This document shows positions 10,113 through 18,240 of a stretch of 27,942 nucleotides of DNA, in pieces. Below the pieces are notes generated by a model. It did no database searches. It was not told the origin of the DNA and worked only from the letters and a program-made list of their open reading frames with translations. The stretch is from Elusimicrobiota bacterium (GTDB lineage: Bacteria; Elusimicrobiota; Elusimicrobia; F11), in contig JBJXGI010000050.1 of the NCBI GenBank assembly GCA_046153645.1, forward strand, positions 1 to 27,942, written 5' to 3'. The stretch's first letter is position 1; the number at the start of each line of letters is the position of its first letter. The position numbers and the translations under genes were made by a program.

Positions 10113-10175
10113 GCCTAGAATTCAATCAGTTTTTTTCTCTGGCAGCTTCGTGTTCTCTCTATTATCTTTAAGGCT

Positions 10176-11696
10176 ATGAAGAAACCAGATGATTCCTTAA
10201 AAACAGTTCACATAAAAGATTTTGAACCCATCCCCCAAGATTTACTTAATGTTTTTCCTGAAGGTCTCATTAAAAAACATTTCATAGTTGCTGTATCTAA
10301 GAAAAACGATCGTATTTTGGCTGTTGTCCCTCAATTAGAAGGAATTATTAAACCCGATGGTCTTAAAATGGTCGCAGGTTGCCCAGTGGATTTAATGGTG
10401 GCACCGGTAGATGAAATTATTGAATTTATCAAAGACCATTATGGTGTTGCAGGTTTGATCAACTTGCCAGAAATCGAAAAGAAAAAAGAACCTCTTGCTG
10501 AAACCATTAAATTGGTGATGCCGGTTTCTATTCCAGAAAAATCCTCCATTTCTCCTTTCATTGAAAAATTTATTATTGGCGGAATTAAAAATAGAGTTAG
10601 CGAAATTATTTTGGAATACAAAAATAAAAAAGTTTATGTTCGACATCGAATTCACGGAGTTCTTATTGCTGATCCTCGATTTCAGATTTCTGAAGAAGAA
10701 TCAAAGCGTCTGATTCAAGACATAGAAAATATCTGTTCAATAGAAAAAGAAATTGATTTTGAATGGGGGGAAGCCAAAATCAATATTGAGCATGATAAAA
10801 ATAATTGGCATGTGAATTTTTGTTTAAATAAAACGCGCTCATATACGCTTTTAACCGTTGCATTAACTCTTCGTGAAAACAAGATTTTAGATTGGAATGA
10901 TTGGGGAATGGGGCCGCATCAATCGCGTGTCGTAGAAGACATGCTTAAGAAAACGCGAGGTGTAATTCTCTTTGTTGGAGAAGAGTGTGATGATATTGAC
11001 TCCACTTTAAATGCATGTGCCCAAAATTTAGCAACGGCTGAAAGACATGTCATGGCTGTTGGAACTGAGTTTGATAGTTCCTGTGAACAATTTGAACAAC
11101 TTGTTTCGCCTCATGACAAAGCTCAGTTCTCTAAGATGATTAAACTTGCTTTTAAACATAAACCTGATGTGTTACGGGTTAATCCCATTGTAAATAAAGA
11201 TGATCTTGAACTTTGTTTTCATGAGTCTTTAAAAGGGCACTTAATTATAGGCAGAATTTTTGGAAGGGATTCGATTGATGTCATTATGCGTTTGATTTCT
11301 ATGGGGGTTCCTCCTTATTTAATTGGCGCGGGCCTTATCGGAATTGTTGCTCAAAGAAAATTAAGACTTCTTTGTTCTGTGTGTCAGGATAAAGATCATG
11401 TTTCGAGAGAACAGTTAAAAGAATTGGCGATTCCTGTTGCCATGCAACCGGCGTCTTTTTATTTTGGAAAAGGATGCGAACAGTGTTTTAGAACAGGTTT
11501 TGATAAGGAAATGAATATTTTTGAAATTCTTCAAATGGATGACGATATGAGAGTTCATCTCAATCAAGATCTCAAAAAAGAAGACATGAAAAGCATGTTC
11601 AAAAACTCAGGTTTAATGACTCTTCGGCAAATTGCGGTTCATAAAGCCATTAATGGGCAGACTTCATTAGCAGAAGTTCTTCGCGTGACTCTTTAA
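10176..11696 (+). CDS. GspE/PilB-like secretion ATPase homolog with degenerate catalytic motifs
   Basis: T2SSE_N-like start, VRHRIHGVL, RLISMGVPPYLI, AQRKLRLLCSVC...GKGCEQC and GQTSLAEVLRV; Walker A/B motifs not intact. Confidence 0.85.
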   Translation: MKKPDDSLKTVHIKDFEPIPQDLLNVFPEGLIKKHFIVAVSKKNDRILAVVPQLEGIIKPDGLKMVAGCPVDLMVAPVDEIIEFIKDHYGVAGLINLPEIEKKKEPLAETIKLVMPVSIPEKSSISPFIEKFIIGGIKNRVSEIILEYKNKKVYVRHRIHGVLIADPRFQISEEESKRLIQDIENICSIEKEIDFEWGEAKINIEHDKNNWHVNFCLNKTRSYTLLTVALTLRENKILDWNDWGMGPHQSRVVEDMLKKTRGVILFVGEECDDIDSTLNACAQNLATAERHVMAVGTEFDSSCEQFEQLVSPHDKAQFSKMIKLAFKHKPDVLRVNPIVNKDDLELCFHESLKGHLIIGRIFGRDSIDVIMRLISMGVPPYLIGAGLIGIVAQRKLRLLCSVCQDKDHVSREQLKELAIPVAMQPASFYFGKGCEQCFRTGFDKEMNIFEILQMDDDMRVHLNQDLKKEDMKSMFKNSGLMTLRQIAVHKAINGQTSLAEVLRVTL

Positions 11697-13792
11697 TGAT
11701 TTCCTAAGACAGTTTCCGCTGTGGCCGGAGTCGGTAGTATGCCATTGGCTCTGGCCATCCAATAAACAAACAGATAATCCGTAGGTGGATATTGTTTTTT
11801 CTCATCGCCTTCTAATCGTCGAGGATTTCTCTGCCAGAGGAATGAATCTTTCGGTCGGTGAGATATAGGGAGTGGTTCGCGAGAGTATTTAGAACTGACG
11901 CCTCCTCCTAGCTTTTCTCCAATAAATGAACCTGATTCTCTCCAGTAGTCAGGGCCAAACCCTTCTCTATTCATGGGGTAAAGGCTCAATTTGTATCGAA
12001 TAAAATCAGCATATTCGTTTTTAATGCGAGACTTTATTTCTGGTTTTGAATTTTCTGTTAAAAAACAAGAAGCATATAGCGCATGGGCCATGGGATTGTC
12101 TTCATTTTTATTAATTTCCCACCATCTATCTAATAAAACCATATATGATTTTCGTATTTGAGAGTCTTTTTCTAGTTGAATTAAATTATAAAGTGCAAGA
12201 ACGCTTAAATAACCACCACGCTCTAAATTAGATTCTTTATTTCCTGCTATGAGTTGGCCTAGTTTCTCTTCAATCCCAAACCAATAAATAGCCGTCTTGA
12301 GAAGTTCATTTTGAGTGAATAAGTTATTCAGATAATATTCTTTGTTTAAATTTCGATTGGTTATTGTGGCCGCTGTTTTGAGGATATGAAGGGTTAAAAT
12401 TGAGTTTCCTGATAGAATTTTTAAATCTTCTAATGTTTTAAATCGAACTTTGTTTTTTTCTGGCGGAAATTTTTTGAGTGATTTGGTTAAAAGTACCGCT
12501 AACTTTTCTGCTGGGAAATAGGGGTTTTTTGTTTTAAACGAAATAAGGTCATTTCGTGATTGTTCTTTTAATAAATCTCTGGCACGCGCGATAAGCTGTG
12601 TTACTCCATTAAGAGTGGGAATAACATTGTTGAACATAATATCTTCATCTTGAGTCAGCAGGGCTTTTTTAAAAACCCGTAGTCCTGGCCACAAGTCTGA
12701 AAAGGGGAGAAAACGACTTATTTGTTTGAGAGTTCTAATGGTATTTTTTTGAACCTTCTTCTGCGCGAATAATTTTTTTATTCCAATTCGAATCTCTGAT
12801 TCCGTAAGGTAAGGAGTTAAACTTAATATATTTTGAGAATTTTTCATGACGATTAAATTATCATTGATTAATTTATAGGAAATTCTTTCAATATCTTCTT
12901 TCAGGCGCTTTTTTAGTGGGCTTGGCCTTAAAACAGGATAGATGGAAGATGCTGCTAAAAAGTAGGCTGTATAAACGTCTTTGCTTGGATTTTTGGGGTG
13001 AGGGTTGCCATCAGAGTCAACATAGCGCACCAAAATGGGCGAATCTTCAGTTCCTTTTACCACTGAGTGTAATGTTTCTAATACGTTTTCTAATTGACTG
13101 TAAGTCCATTCATCTTTCGTGACGCTATATTTCCATGCTAAGGACGCGGCATAAAAACTGGTGTAGGTTGTTGCGTCTCCTATTTCATCAGCTTCGTTGT
13201 TGGTTTTTCTGGAAACAACAAAGCCATTTTCTAAAAATTCATTTTGCATGAGTTGTGAAAACTGGCGGGCTTTTTCTTCTAGGTTTTGGTCTGATTGAAA
13301 TGTCAGTCGGGAGATTTTAATTTCTTTAATAGCACCATTAATAAGGCCATACCAAAAAACTCGTGGCTCAATGGTGTGCCCTTTTCTTCCGCTGGTAGAT
13401 ATGTCCATCCATTTCGTTTCAAATTCGCCTGTTTTTGAAAAGTCGCCCACTTGAATTTCTCGTTTATTGAGACAAACGTCATCGGTGGTATCCCATATTT
13501 CAATTCTAAAGAGTCCATAGCTGTTATAAAAAAGACCTTTACGAGGATAATGTCCGCGTCTTAATGAAAATGAAAAGCGATATAAACCGGGCTCTAAAAG
13601 GAGAGGTTCTGTGAGATTCTTAAAGATATATTCGGGAGAGTCCTTTTGATAATCACGTTCACTATTAATTTTTAGTTCTCTTAAAAAATGGACCGGGGGG
13701 GATTCGGGAAGCGGAGTTGTAAACCCTCTTGAAGGGTGGGTGGCCCCCCAGAAAAAGACAACCAATAAAAAAGTTGCCATCTTTTTCCGCAT
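11693..13792 (-). CDS. Secreted hypothetical protein (699 aa): jelly-roll-like N-domain plus helical C-domain
   Basis: Long ORF; MRKKMATFLLVVFFWG signal-like start at 13792; C-terminal PLP..RP.DSFLWQRNP...YP..DYLFVYWMAR. Confidence 0.75.
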   Translation of the reverse strand: MRKKMATFLLVVFFWGATHPSRGFTTPLPESPPVHFLRELKINSERDYQKDSPEYIFKNLTEPLLLEPGLYRFSFSLRRGHYPRKGLFYNSYGLFRIEIWDTTDDVCLNKREIQVGDFSKTGEFETKWMDISTSGRKGHTIEPRVFWYGLINGAIKEIKISRLTFQSDQNLEEKARQFSQLMQNEFLENGFVVSRKTNNEADEIGDATTYTSFYAASLAWKYSVTKDEWTYSQLENVLETLHSVVKGTEDSPILVRYVDSDGNPHPKNPSKDVYTAYFLAASSIYPVLRPSPLKKRLKEDIERISYKLINDNLIVMKNSQNILSLTPYLTESEIRIGIKKLFAQKKVQKNTIRTLKQISRFLPFSDLWPGLRVFKKALLTQDEDIMFNNVIPTLNGVTQLIARARDLLKEQSRNDLISFKTKNPYFPAEKLAVLLTKSLKKFPPEKNKVRFKTLEDLKILSGNSILTLHILKTAATITNRNLNKEYYLNNLFTQNELLKTAIYWFGIEEKLGQLIAGNKESNLERGGYLSVLALYNLIQLEKDSQIRKSYMVLLDRWWEINKNEDNPMAHALYASCFLTENSKPEIKSRIKNEYADFIRYKLSLYPMNREGFGPDYWRESGSFIGEKLGGGVSSKYSREPLPISHRPKDSFLWQRNPRRLEGDEKKQYPPTDYLFVYWMARANGILPTPATAETVLGNH

Positions 13793-13798
13793 GAAATA

Positions 13799-13804
13799 AG
13801 TGTA
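13799..13804 (-). promoter_or_regulatory. -10 box, probably leaderless transcript
   Basis: Minus strand reads TACACT-tatttc-ATG(13792). Confidence 0.5.
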
Positions 13805-13872
13805 ACTCCAAAAGCCGTGAAATGCATCTAGTATAATGACCACAATCGATTTGATTATTAGCACTGAAAATT

Positions 13873-14553
13873 ATGCTGAAAGAAAATTATTTATTCATCC
13901 AACAAAAAATTGAAAAAGCAGCTCATAAAAGTGGGAGAAAGTTAAGTGATATCACTTTGGTTGTGGTGACTAAAACTATTCCTGCCGAGCTTATTCAGCA
14001 GGCGCTTGATTGTGGGGTTATTCATCTAGGAGAGAATAAAGTTCAAGAGGCTCACCAGAAACGGCCTTTTTTGGAAAAGTTTAAAGCAACTCACCATTTG
14101 ATCGGTCATTTGCAAACCAATAAAGCGAAAAAAGCTGTTCAGTTATTTGATTTAATTCAATCCGTTGATAGCTTTAAATGCGCGGAAGTGCTCAATCGAG
14201 TCGCAAAAGACGCAAATAAAAGACAACGCTGTCTCATTGAAGTAAAAACGTCCGATGAAGAAAATAAAACGGGTCTTGCTCGCTCTGAAGTCGATCAGCT
14301 CATCAGTGAATTCACAAGATATGATAATTTGGTTCTTGAGGGCCTAATGACAATTCCTCCTCTTTCTTTGGAGGGAGAAAAATTAAGGAATCATTTTAAA
14401 GAATTTAAAAAATTCTTCGATGATAAAAAAAATGCTTTTAGAGAAAACCCGATTCTTTCGATGGGAATGTCCAATGATTTCGAAGTGGCGATCGAAGAAG
14501 GGGCTACCATGGTTCGGTTAGGTCGGGCTTTTTTTGGAGAAAGGTTGAAATGA
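13873..14553 (+). CDS. yggS: PLP homeostasis protein YggS
   Basis: VVTKT, GENKVQE, HLIGHLQTNK, GLMTIP, LSMGMSNDF and GATMVRLG motifs. Confidence 0.96.
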   Translation: MLKENYLFIQQKIEKAAHKSGRKLSDITLVVVTKTIPAELIQQALDCGVIHLGENKVQEAHQKRPFLEKFKATHHLIGHLQTNKAKKAVQLFDLIQSVDSFKCAEVLNRVAKDANKRQRCLIEVKTSDEENKTGLARSEVDQLISEFTRYDNLVLEGLMTIPPLSLEGEKLRNHFKEFKKFFDDKKNAFRENPILSMGMSNDFEVAIEEGATMVRLGRAFFGERLK

Positions 14554-15374
14554 CTATGAACATAAAAGTGGGATTTATTGGTTTCGGACGAATGGGATCT
14601 GCAATGGCACTTGGCGCTCTTGAATCCAAGGTTTTAAAATCAACTCAATTATTCGCTTTTGATCCTAATAATTCGGCCAAGAAGATAATGAAAAGGTTGG
14701 GGGTTCGTTTCTTTCCAAATGTTGAAGACGTTATTAGAAATGTAGACGTCTTATTTTTGTGTGTTAAACCACAATCAATGAACGAACTATTGGAAGAAAT
14801 TTCAGGATGTGTTAAAAAAGAAAACCCCGTTGTTGTTTCCATTGCAGCGGGAATCCCTATCAAAAAATTCGAAAATAAATTTGGTGCTCAAGTGGCTATT
14901 TTTCGAGTTATGCCCAATACACCAGCTTTATTGCGAGCTGGAATGAGTGTGATGAGTCGCGGGAAAAATACAACCAGCACTCAAGAATCTTGGGTGAGAA
15001 AAATATTATCAGGATTGGGAGAGGTGACTTCTTTGCCAGAATCTTTGATGGACGGCGTCACGGCTGTTTCTGGATCAGGCCCAGCGTATGTTTTTTATTT
15101 GGCTGAAGCGATGCTCATGGCAGCCAAAAAATTTAAGATTCCAGAAAAAGTGGCAAAAATGATTGTTGATCAAACAATTTTTGGAGCAGGACTCATGTTG
15201 AAAAAAAACGCGCAATCAGCTGAAGAATTAAGGAAACAAGTAACGTCTCCCGGTGGAACAACAGAGGCCGCGATTCGTTTTTTTGATGAAACTTCTGTTA
15301 AAAGTTTAATTGCGCAAGGACTCGTTCGAGCTTCTCGTCGTTCTCAAGAGCTCGCGAGATTGCTGGAAAATTAG
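14550..15374 (+). CDS. proC: Pyrroline-5-carboxylate reductase
   Basis: GFIGFGRMG, VKPQ, RVMPNTP, SGSGPAY and VTSPGGTT motifs. Confidence 0.97.
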   Translation: MTMNIKVGFIGFGRMGSAMALGALESKVLKSTQLFAFDPNNSAKKIMKRLGVRFFPNVEDVIRNVDVLFLCVKPQSMNELLEEISGCVKKENPVVVSIAAGIPIKKFENKFGAQVAIFRVMPNTPALLRAGMSVMSRGKNTTSTQESWVRKILSGLGEVTSLPESLMDGVTAVSGSGPAYVFYLAEAMLMAAKKFKIPEKVAKMIVDQTIFGAGLMLKKNAQSAEELRKQVTSPGGTTEAAIRFFDETSVKSLIAQGLVRASRRSQELARLLEN

Positions 15375-15379
15375 AATCT

Positions 15380-15643
15380 ATGGTTATTCGAGTTCGGGTT
15401 ATTGCCAATGCTAAGCACTCTGAGGTTATGGGACGGCTGGGGTCGGTGGTTAGAGTGAGAATCGCAGCCCCTGCGATTGATGGGAAGGCAAATGAAGAAT
15501 TGATTCAATTTCTCGCCGAGTTTTTTGAAGTAAGAAAGTCCAGTGTTTCCATCTTAAAGGGGGAAAAGGGAAAAGAAAAGATTATTCAAGTAGAGGGGAA
15601 GCCTGACCATCAACTTGAGCACATCATGCAATCAATTCCATAA
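15380..15643 (+). CDS. yggU: DUF167/YggU family protein
   Basis: APAIDGKANEELIQFLA motif; yggS-proC context. Confidence 0.9.
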   Translation: MVIRVRVIANAKHSEVMGRLGSVVRVRIAAPAIDGKANEELIQFLAEFFEVRKSSVSILKGEKGKEKIIQVEGKPDHQLEHIMQSIP

Positions 15644-15745
15644 TTTTTCCCCTAAATGAGTGAAAACGAAGTAAAATGCACGCTCATTCTCAGATGTTGT
15701 TCCCGATAAAAAATTGGAAATGACATTCAAATTAAACGAGGTTTT

Positions 15746-16078
15746 ATGGCTAAATTAAAAGAAGATAACAGAAACGATATGTCCGTTGAAGCGCTCATGC
15801 TCACCACAACCAAGGATAAGTATAAATTGGCTTTTTCTGCTATTCGTTGGGCGAGAGAAATTAAGAAGGCCGAAAATTCCACTGAATCCATGCCGACATT
15901 AATAAATCGAGCGATGAAAGAAATTATTCTGGGAAAAGTAACTATCAAAGAAATTGAAAAGCTTCCTTTGGTTTTAAAAGCTCCAACTCCTCATCATGAG
16001 ACAGCTCCAGCTGGGGTTGTGCCTGTAGCAGTCGCATCAGAAACGCCTGCCGACAAACTATTAAAATCGAAGGATTAA
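15746..16078 (+). CDS. rpoZ: Probable RNA polymerase omega subunit
   Basis: KYKL...RWAREI and RAMKEIILGK resemble omega motifs; located upstream of coaC-coaB-priA; GAGG SD. Confidence 0.65.
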   Translation: MAKLKEDNRNDMSVEALMLTTTKDKYKLAFSAIRWAREIKKAENSTESMPTLINRAMKEIILGKVTIKEIEKLPLVLKAPTPHHETAPAGVVPVAVASETPADKLLKSKD

Positions 16079-16090
16079 AACTAAAGTCCC

Positions 16091-16630
16091 ATGCCTAAAG
16101 CCCGCGTGCTCCTTGGAATTTCAGCGAGTATAGCTGCGGTTAAAACACCTGAGCTTGTCCGGTTATTTGTAGATCACAACTTTGAAGTGAAATGTTTTCT
16201 TACACAAGAGGCAACACGGTTTGTGTCGCCTCTTGTATTATCTACTTTTTCCAAATCAGCTGTTCTCAGTGATATGTTTGGTCCTGATGCCTATCAGATG
16301 CCGCACTTAACCTGTGTTGAAAGTTCTGATTTATTATTAATCGCCCCCGCTTCTGCTGTCATGTTAGGTCGTTGCGCACAAGGGCTTCCAGAAGATCTGG
16401 TTTCTTTGGCTTATATTTCTACTACGACTCCTGTTTTTATGGCGCCAGCCATGCATAACACTATGTGGGAACATCCAGCGACACAAGCCAATGTGAAAGT
16501 TCTGAAAGATCGCGGTGTTCAGTTCCTTGGGCCATATGCGGGGCCATTGGCAGATAAAACGCATGGCGAAGGACGCATGTCTGAACCTCAAGAGATTGTT
16601 GAAGCAATAGAAAAATTTCTAAAGAAGTAA
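16091..16630 (+). CDS. coaC: Phosphopantothenoylcysteine decarboxylase (stand-alone flavoprotein)
   Basis: LGISASIAA, PHL, IAPASA, APAMHNTMW and GEGRMSEP motifs. Confidence 0.9.
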   Translation: MPKARVLLGISASIAAVKTPELVRLFVDHNFEVKCFLTQEATRFVSPLVLSTFSKSAVLSDMFGPDAYQMPHLTCVESSDLLLIAPASAVMLGRCAQGLPEDLVSLAYISTTTPVFMAPAMHNTMWEHPATQANVKVLKDRGVQFLGPYAGPLADKTHGEGRMSEPQEIVEAIEKFLKK

Positions 16631-16634
16631 TTCC

Positions 16635-17435
16635 TTGGTTTTAAAAAATCTACATGTTCTTATTACAGCAGGTCCTACCCGTGAATATTTAGACCCTGTT
16701 CGATATATCACCAATTCATCTTCAGGAAAAATGGGCATAGAACTGGCAAACTCTTTTTTAAAAAAAGGGTTCAACGTTACTTTGGTTTGTGGTCCAACTT
16801 CTTTGGTTTTACCTAAAAAATCTAAAAATATTTCAGTTGTTTCTGCTTTAGAAATGTTTCATGTAGTTCAAAAAAAGATAAAAAAAGTGGATGTGTTTGT
16901 CGCCACGGCTGCGGTGGGAGATTGGCGTTTTGAAAAAATTTCTAAGATAAAAATGAAAAAAAATAAAAACCGTTTTCTCTCTATTAAACTCAAGAAAAAT
17001 CCAGATATTTTGGCTTTTGTTGGTGAGCAAAAAAAGAAAGGTTCAAATTTGTTATCAGTTGGTTTTTCTTTGGAGACTCACGATGTTGAAACTTTTTCTA
17101 GAGGCAAACTGATAAACAAAAATGCTGATTTGATTGTGGCCAATACACCGGAAAGTTTTTCAGATAAAAATATTCGACCTGTGTTTGTTTATAAGAAAGC
17201 GCTCAGCGCACTTGACCCTCACCCTGACCCTCTCCCTTTCAGGGAGAGGGGAAAACTTTTAGATTCTTTCCTCGATTTTGTGGAGAAGAAAAAACATAAA
17301 TCCCCTCTCCCTTTGGGAGAGGGTCAGGGTGAGGGAAAGGCTGTAATCACCTTCAATAAATTTCCACAAATATCCAAAAAGAAGTGCGCCAGTCTTATTG
17401 TGAAGTGGGTTGAAAATAAAATTAAAAATGACTAA
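16635..17435 (+). CDS. coaB: Phosphopantothenate-cysteine ligase with an in-frame palindromic insertion
   Basis: ITAGPTREYLDPVRYITNSSSGKMG, AAVGD, NPDIL, GFSLET and DLIVAN motifs; TTG start uncertain. Confidence 0.92.
   Translation: MVLKNLHVLITAGPTREYLDPVRYITNSSSGKMGIELANSFLKKGFNVTLVCGPTSLVLPKKSKNISVVSALEMFHVVQKKIKKVDVFVATAAVGDWRFEKISKIKMKKNKNRFLSIKLKKNPDILAFVGEQKKKGSNLLSVGFSLETHDVETFSRGKLINKNADLIVANTPESFSDKNIRPVFVYKKALSALDPHPDPLPFRERGKLLDSFLDFVEKKKHKSPLPLGEGQGEGKAVITFNKFPQISKKKCASLIVKWVENKIKND
17216..17335. repeat. Inverted pair of REP/BoxC-like palindromes within coaB
   Basis: CCCTCACCCTGACCCTCTCCC-tttca-GGGAGAGGGG (17216-17251) and CCCCTCTCCC-ttt-GGGAGAGGGTCAGGGTGAGGG (17302-17335); the outer 21-bp arms are perfect reverse complements. 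Confidence 0.95.
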
Positions 17436-18228
17436 TCAGAAAAAAGAAATGATTGAACAAGTAAAACTCATTTTGGAAGAAAATGACGGAGAGATGACTT
17501 ATTGGGGAGAGAAAATAAGTCCTCACCCCGGCAATTCGTTAGCCGAGGTTCAGAATGAATTAGTTCAAAATTTTAAAGAGCTGGATCCCGGGTCAACTCG
17601 CGAAACAGTTGTCCGGGATGACGTCGTGGCAAATGATCTCACTCATCTTAAAGATGTTGTTATTGGCGATTGTCATTTATGTCCGCTTGGAGACACGCGT
17701 ATAAAATTGGTTTTTGGCGTTGGCAATCCTCAAACTGATGTCATGTTTGTGGGCGAAGGGCCCGGTTTTGAAGAAGACCGTAAAGGGGAACCTTTTGTTG
17801 GGAAAGCAGGGCAACTTCTCGATAAAATTATTGGGGCCATTAACTTAGATCGAACCAAAGTTTATATTGCCAATGTGGTGAAGTGCCATCCGATGAAAGA
17901 TTCCACTCAACCAGAAAATCGTGGAAATGATCGCCCTCCAACAATTGAAGAAATGGAAAAATGTTTGCCGTTTCTTTTTCGTCAAATTGAAATCATTCAA
18001 CCAAAAATTATTGTGACCTTGGGGTCCGTGGCGACCAAAGCGCTTCTTGACCGGTCCGGTGGAATTACGGCCTTGCGTGGGAAGATTTATGATGTTCAAT
18101 TGGGAGAAAATAAATTTCGTACAAAAATTCTTCCCACATTCCATCCCGCGGCATTATTGCGTGATGACACACTCAAGCGCCCTGTTTGGGACGATATGAA
18201 GTTGTTAAGAGATTTCCTTCAGGAATAA
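17428..18228 (+). CDS. udg: Family 4 uracil-DNA glycosylase
   Basis: CHLCPL, FVGEGPG, PFVGKAG, NVVKCHP and TFHPAALL motifs; ATG at 17428 overlaps the coaB end. Confidence 0.93.
   Translation: MTNQKKEMIEQVKLILEENDGEMTYWGEKISPHPGNSLAEVQNELVQNFKELDPGSTRETVVRDDVVANDLTHLKDVVIGDCHLCPLGDTRIKLVFGVGNPQTDVMFVGEGPGFEEDRKGEPFVGKAGQLLDKIIGAINLDRTKVYIANVVKCHPMKDSTQPENRGNDRPPTIEEMEKCLPFLFRQIEIIQPKIIVTLGSVATKALLDRSGGITALRGKIYDVQLGENKFRTKILPTFHPAALLRDDTLKRPVWDDMKLLRDFLQE
17581..17622. repeat. Palindromic element (CTGGATCCCGG...CCGGGATGAC type) within udg
   Basis: ATCCCGG-gt-CAACT-cgcgaaac-AGTTG-t-CCGGGAT hairpin flanked by CTGG and GAC. Confidence 0.7.
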
Positions 18229-18240
18229 CGAAATAGTTTA

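Noticed and set aside
13692..13750. G7 and C6 tracts and a small ACCCT/AGGGT hairpin near the 5' end of the secreted protein gene as a phase-variation site or REP remnant
   Set aside because: The tracts are short, the frame is intact, and similarity to the coaB repeat is weak
15644..15745. Structured RNA upstream of rpoZ (AATGAGTG...CGCTCATT)
   Set aside because: A single 8-bp imperfect stem around a probable -10 box; no recognisable ncRNA family
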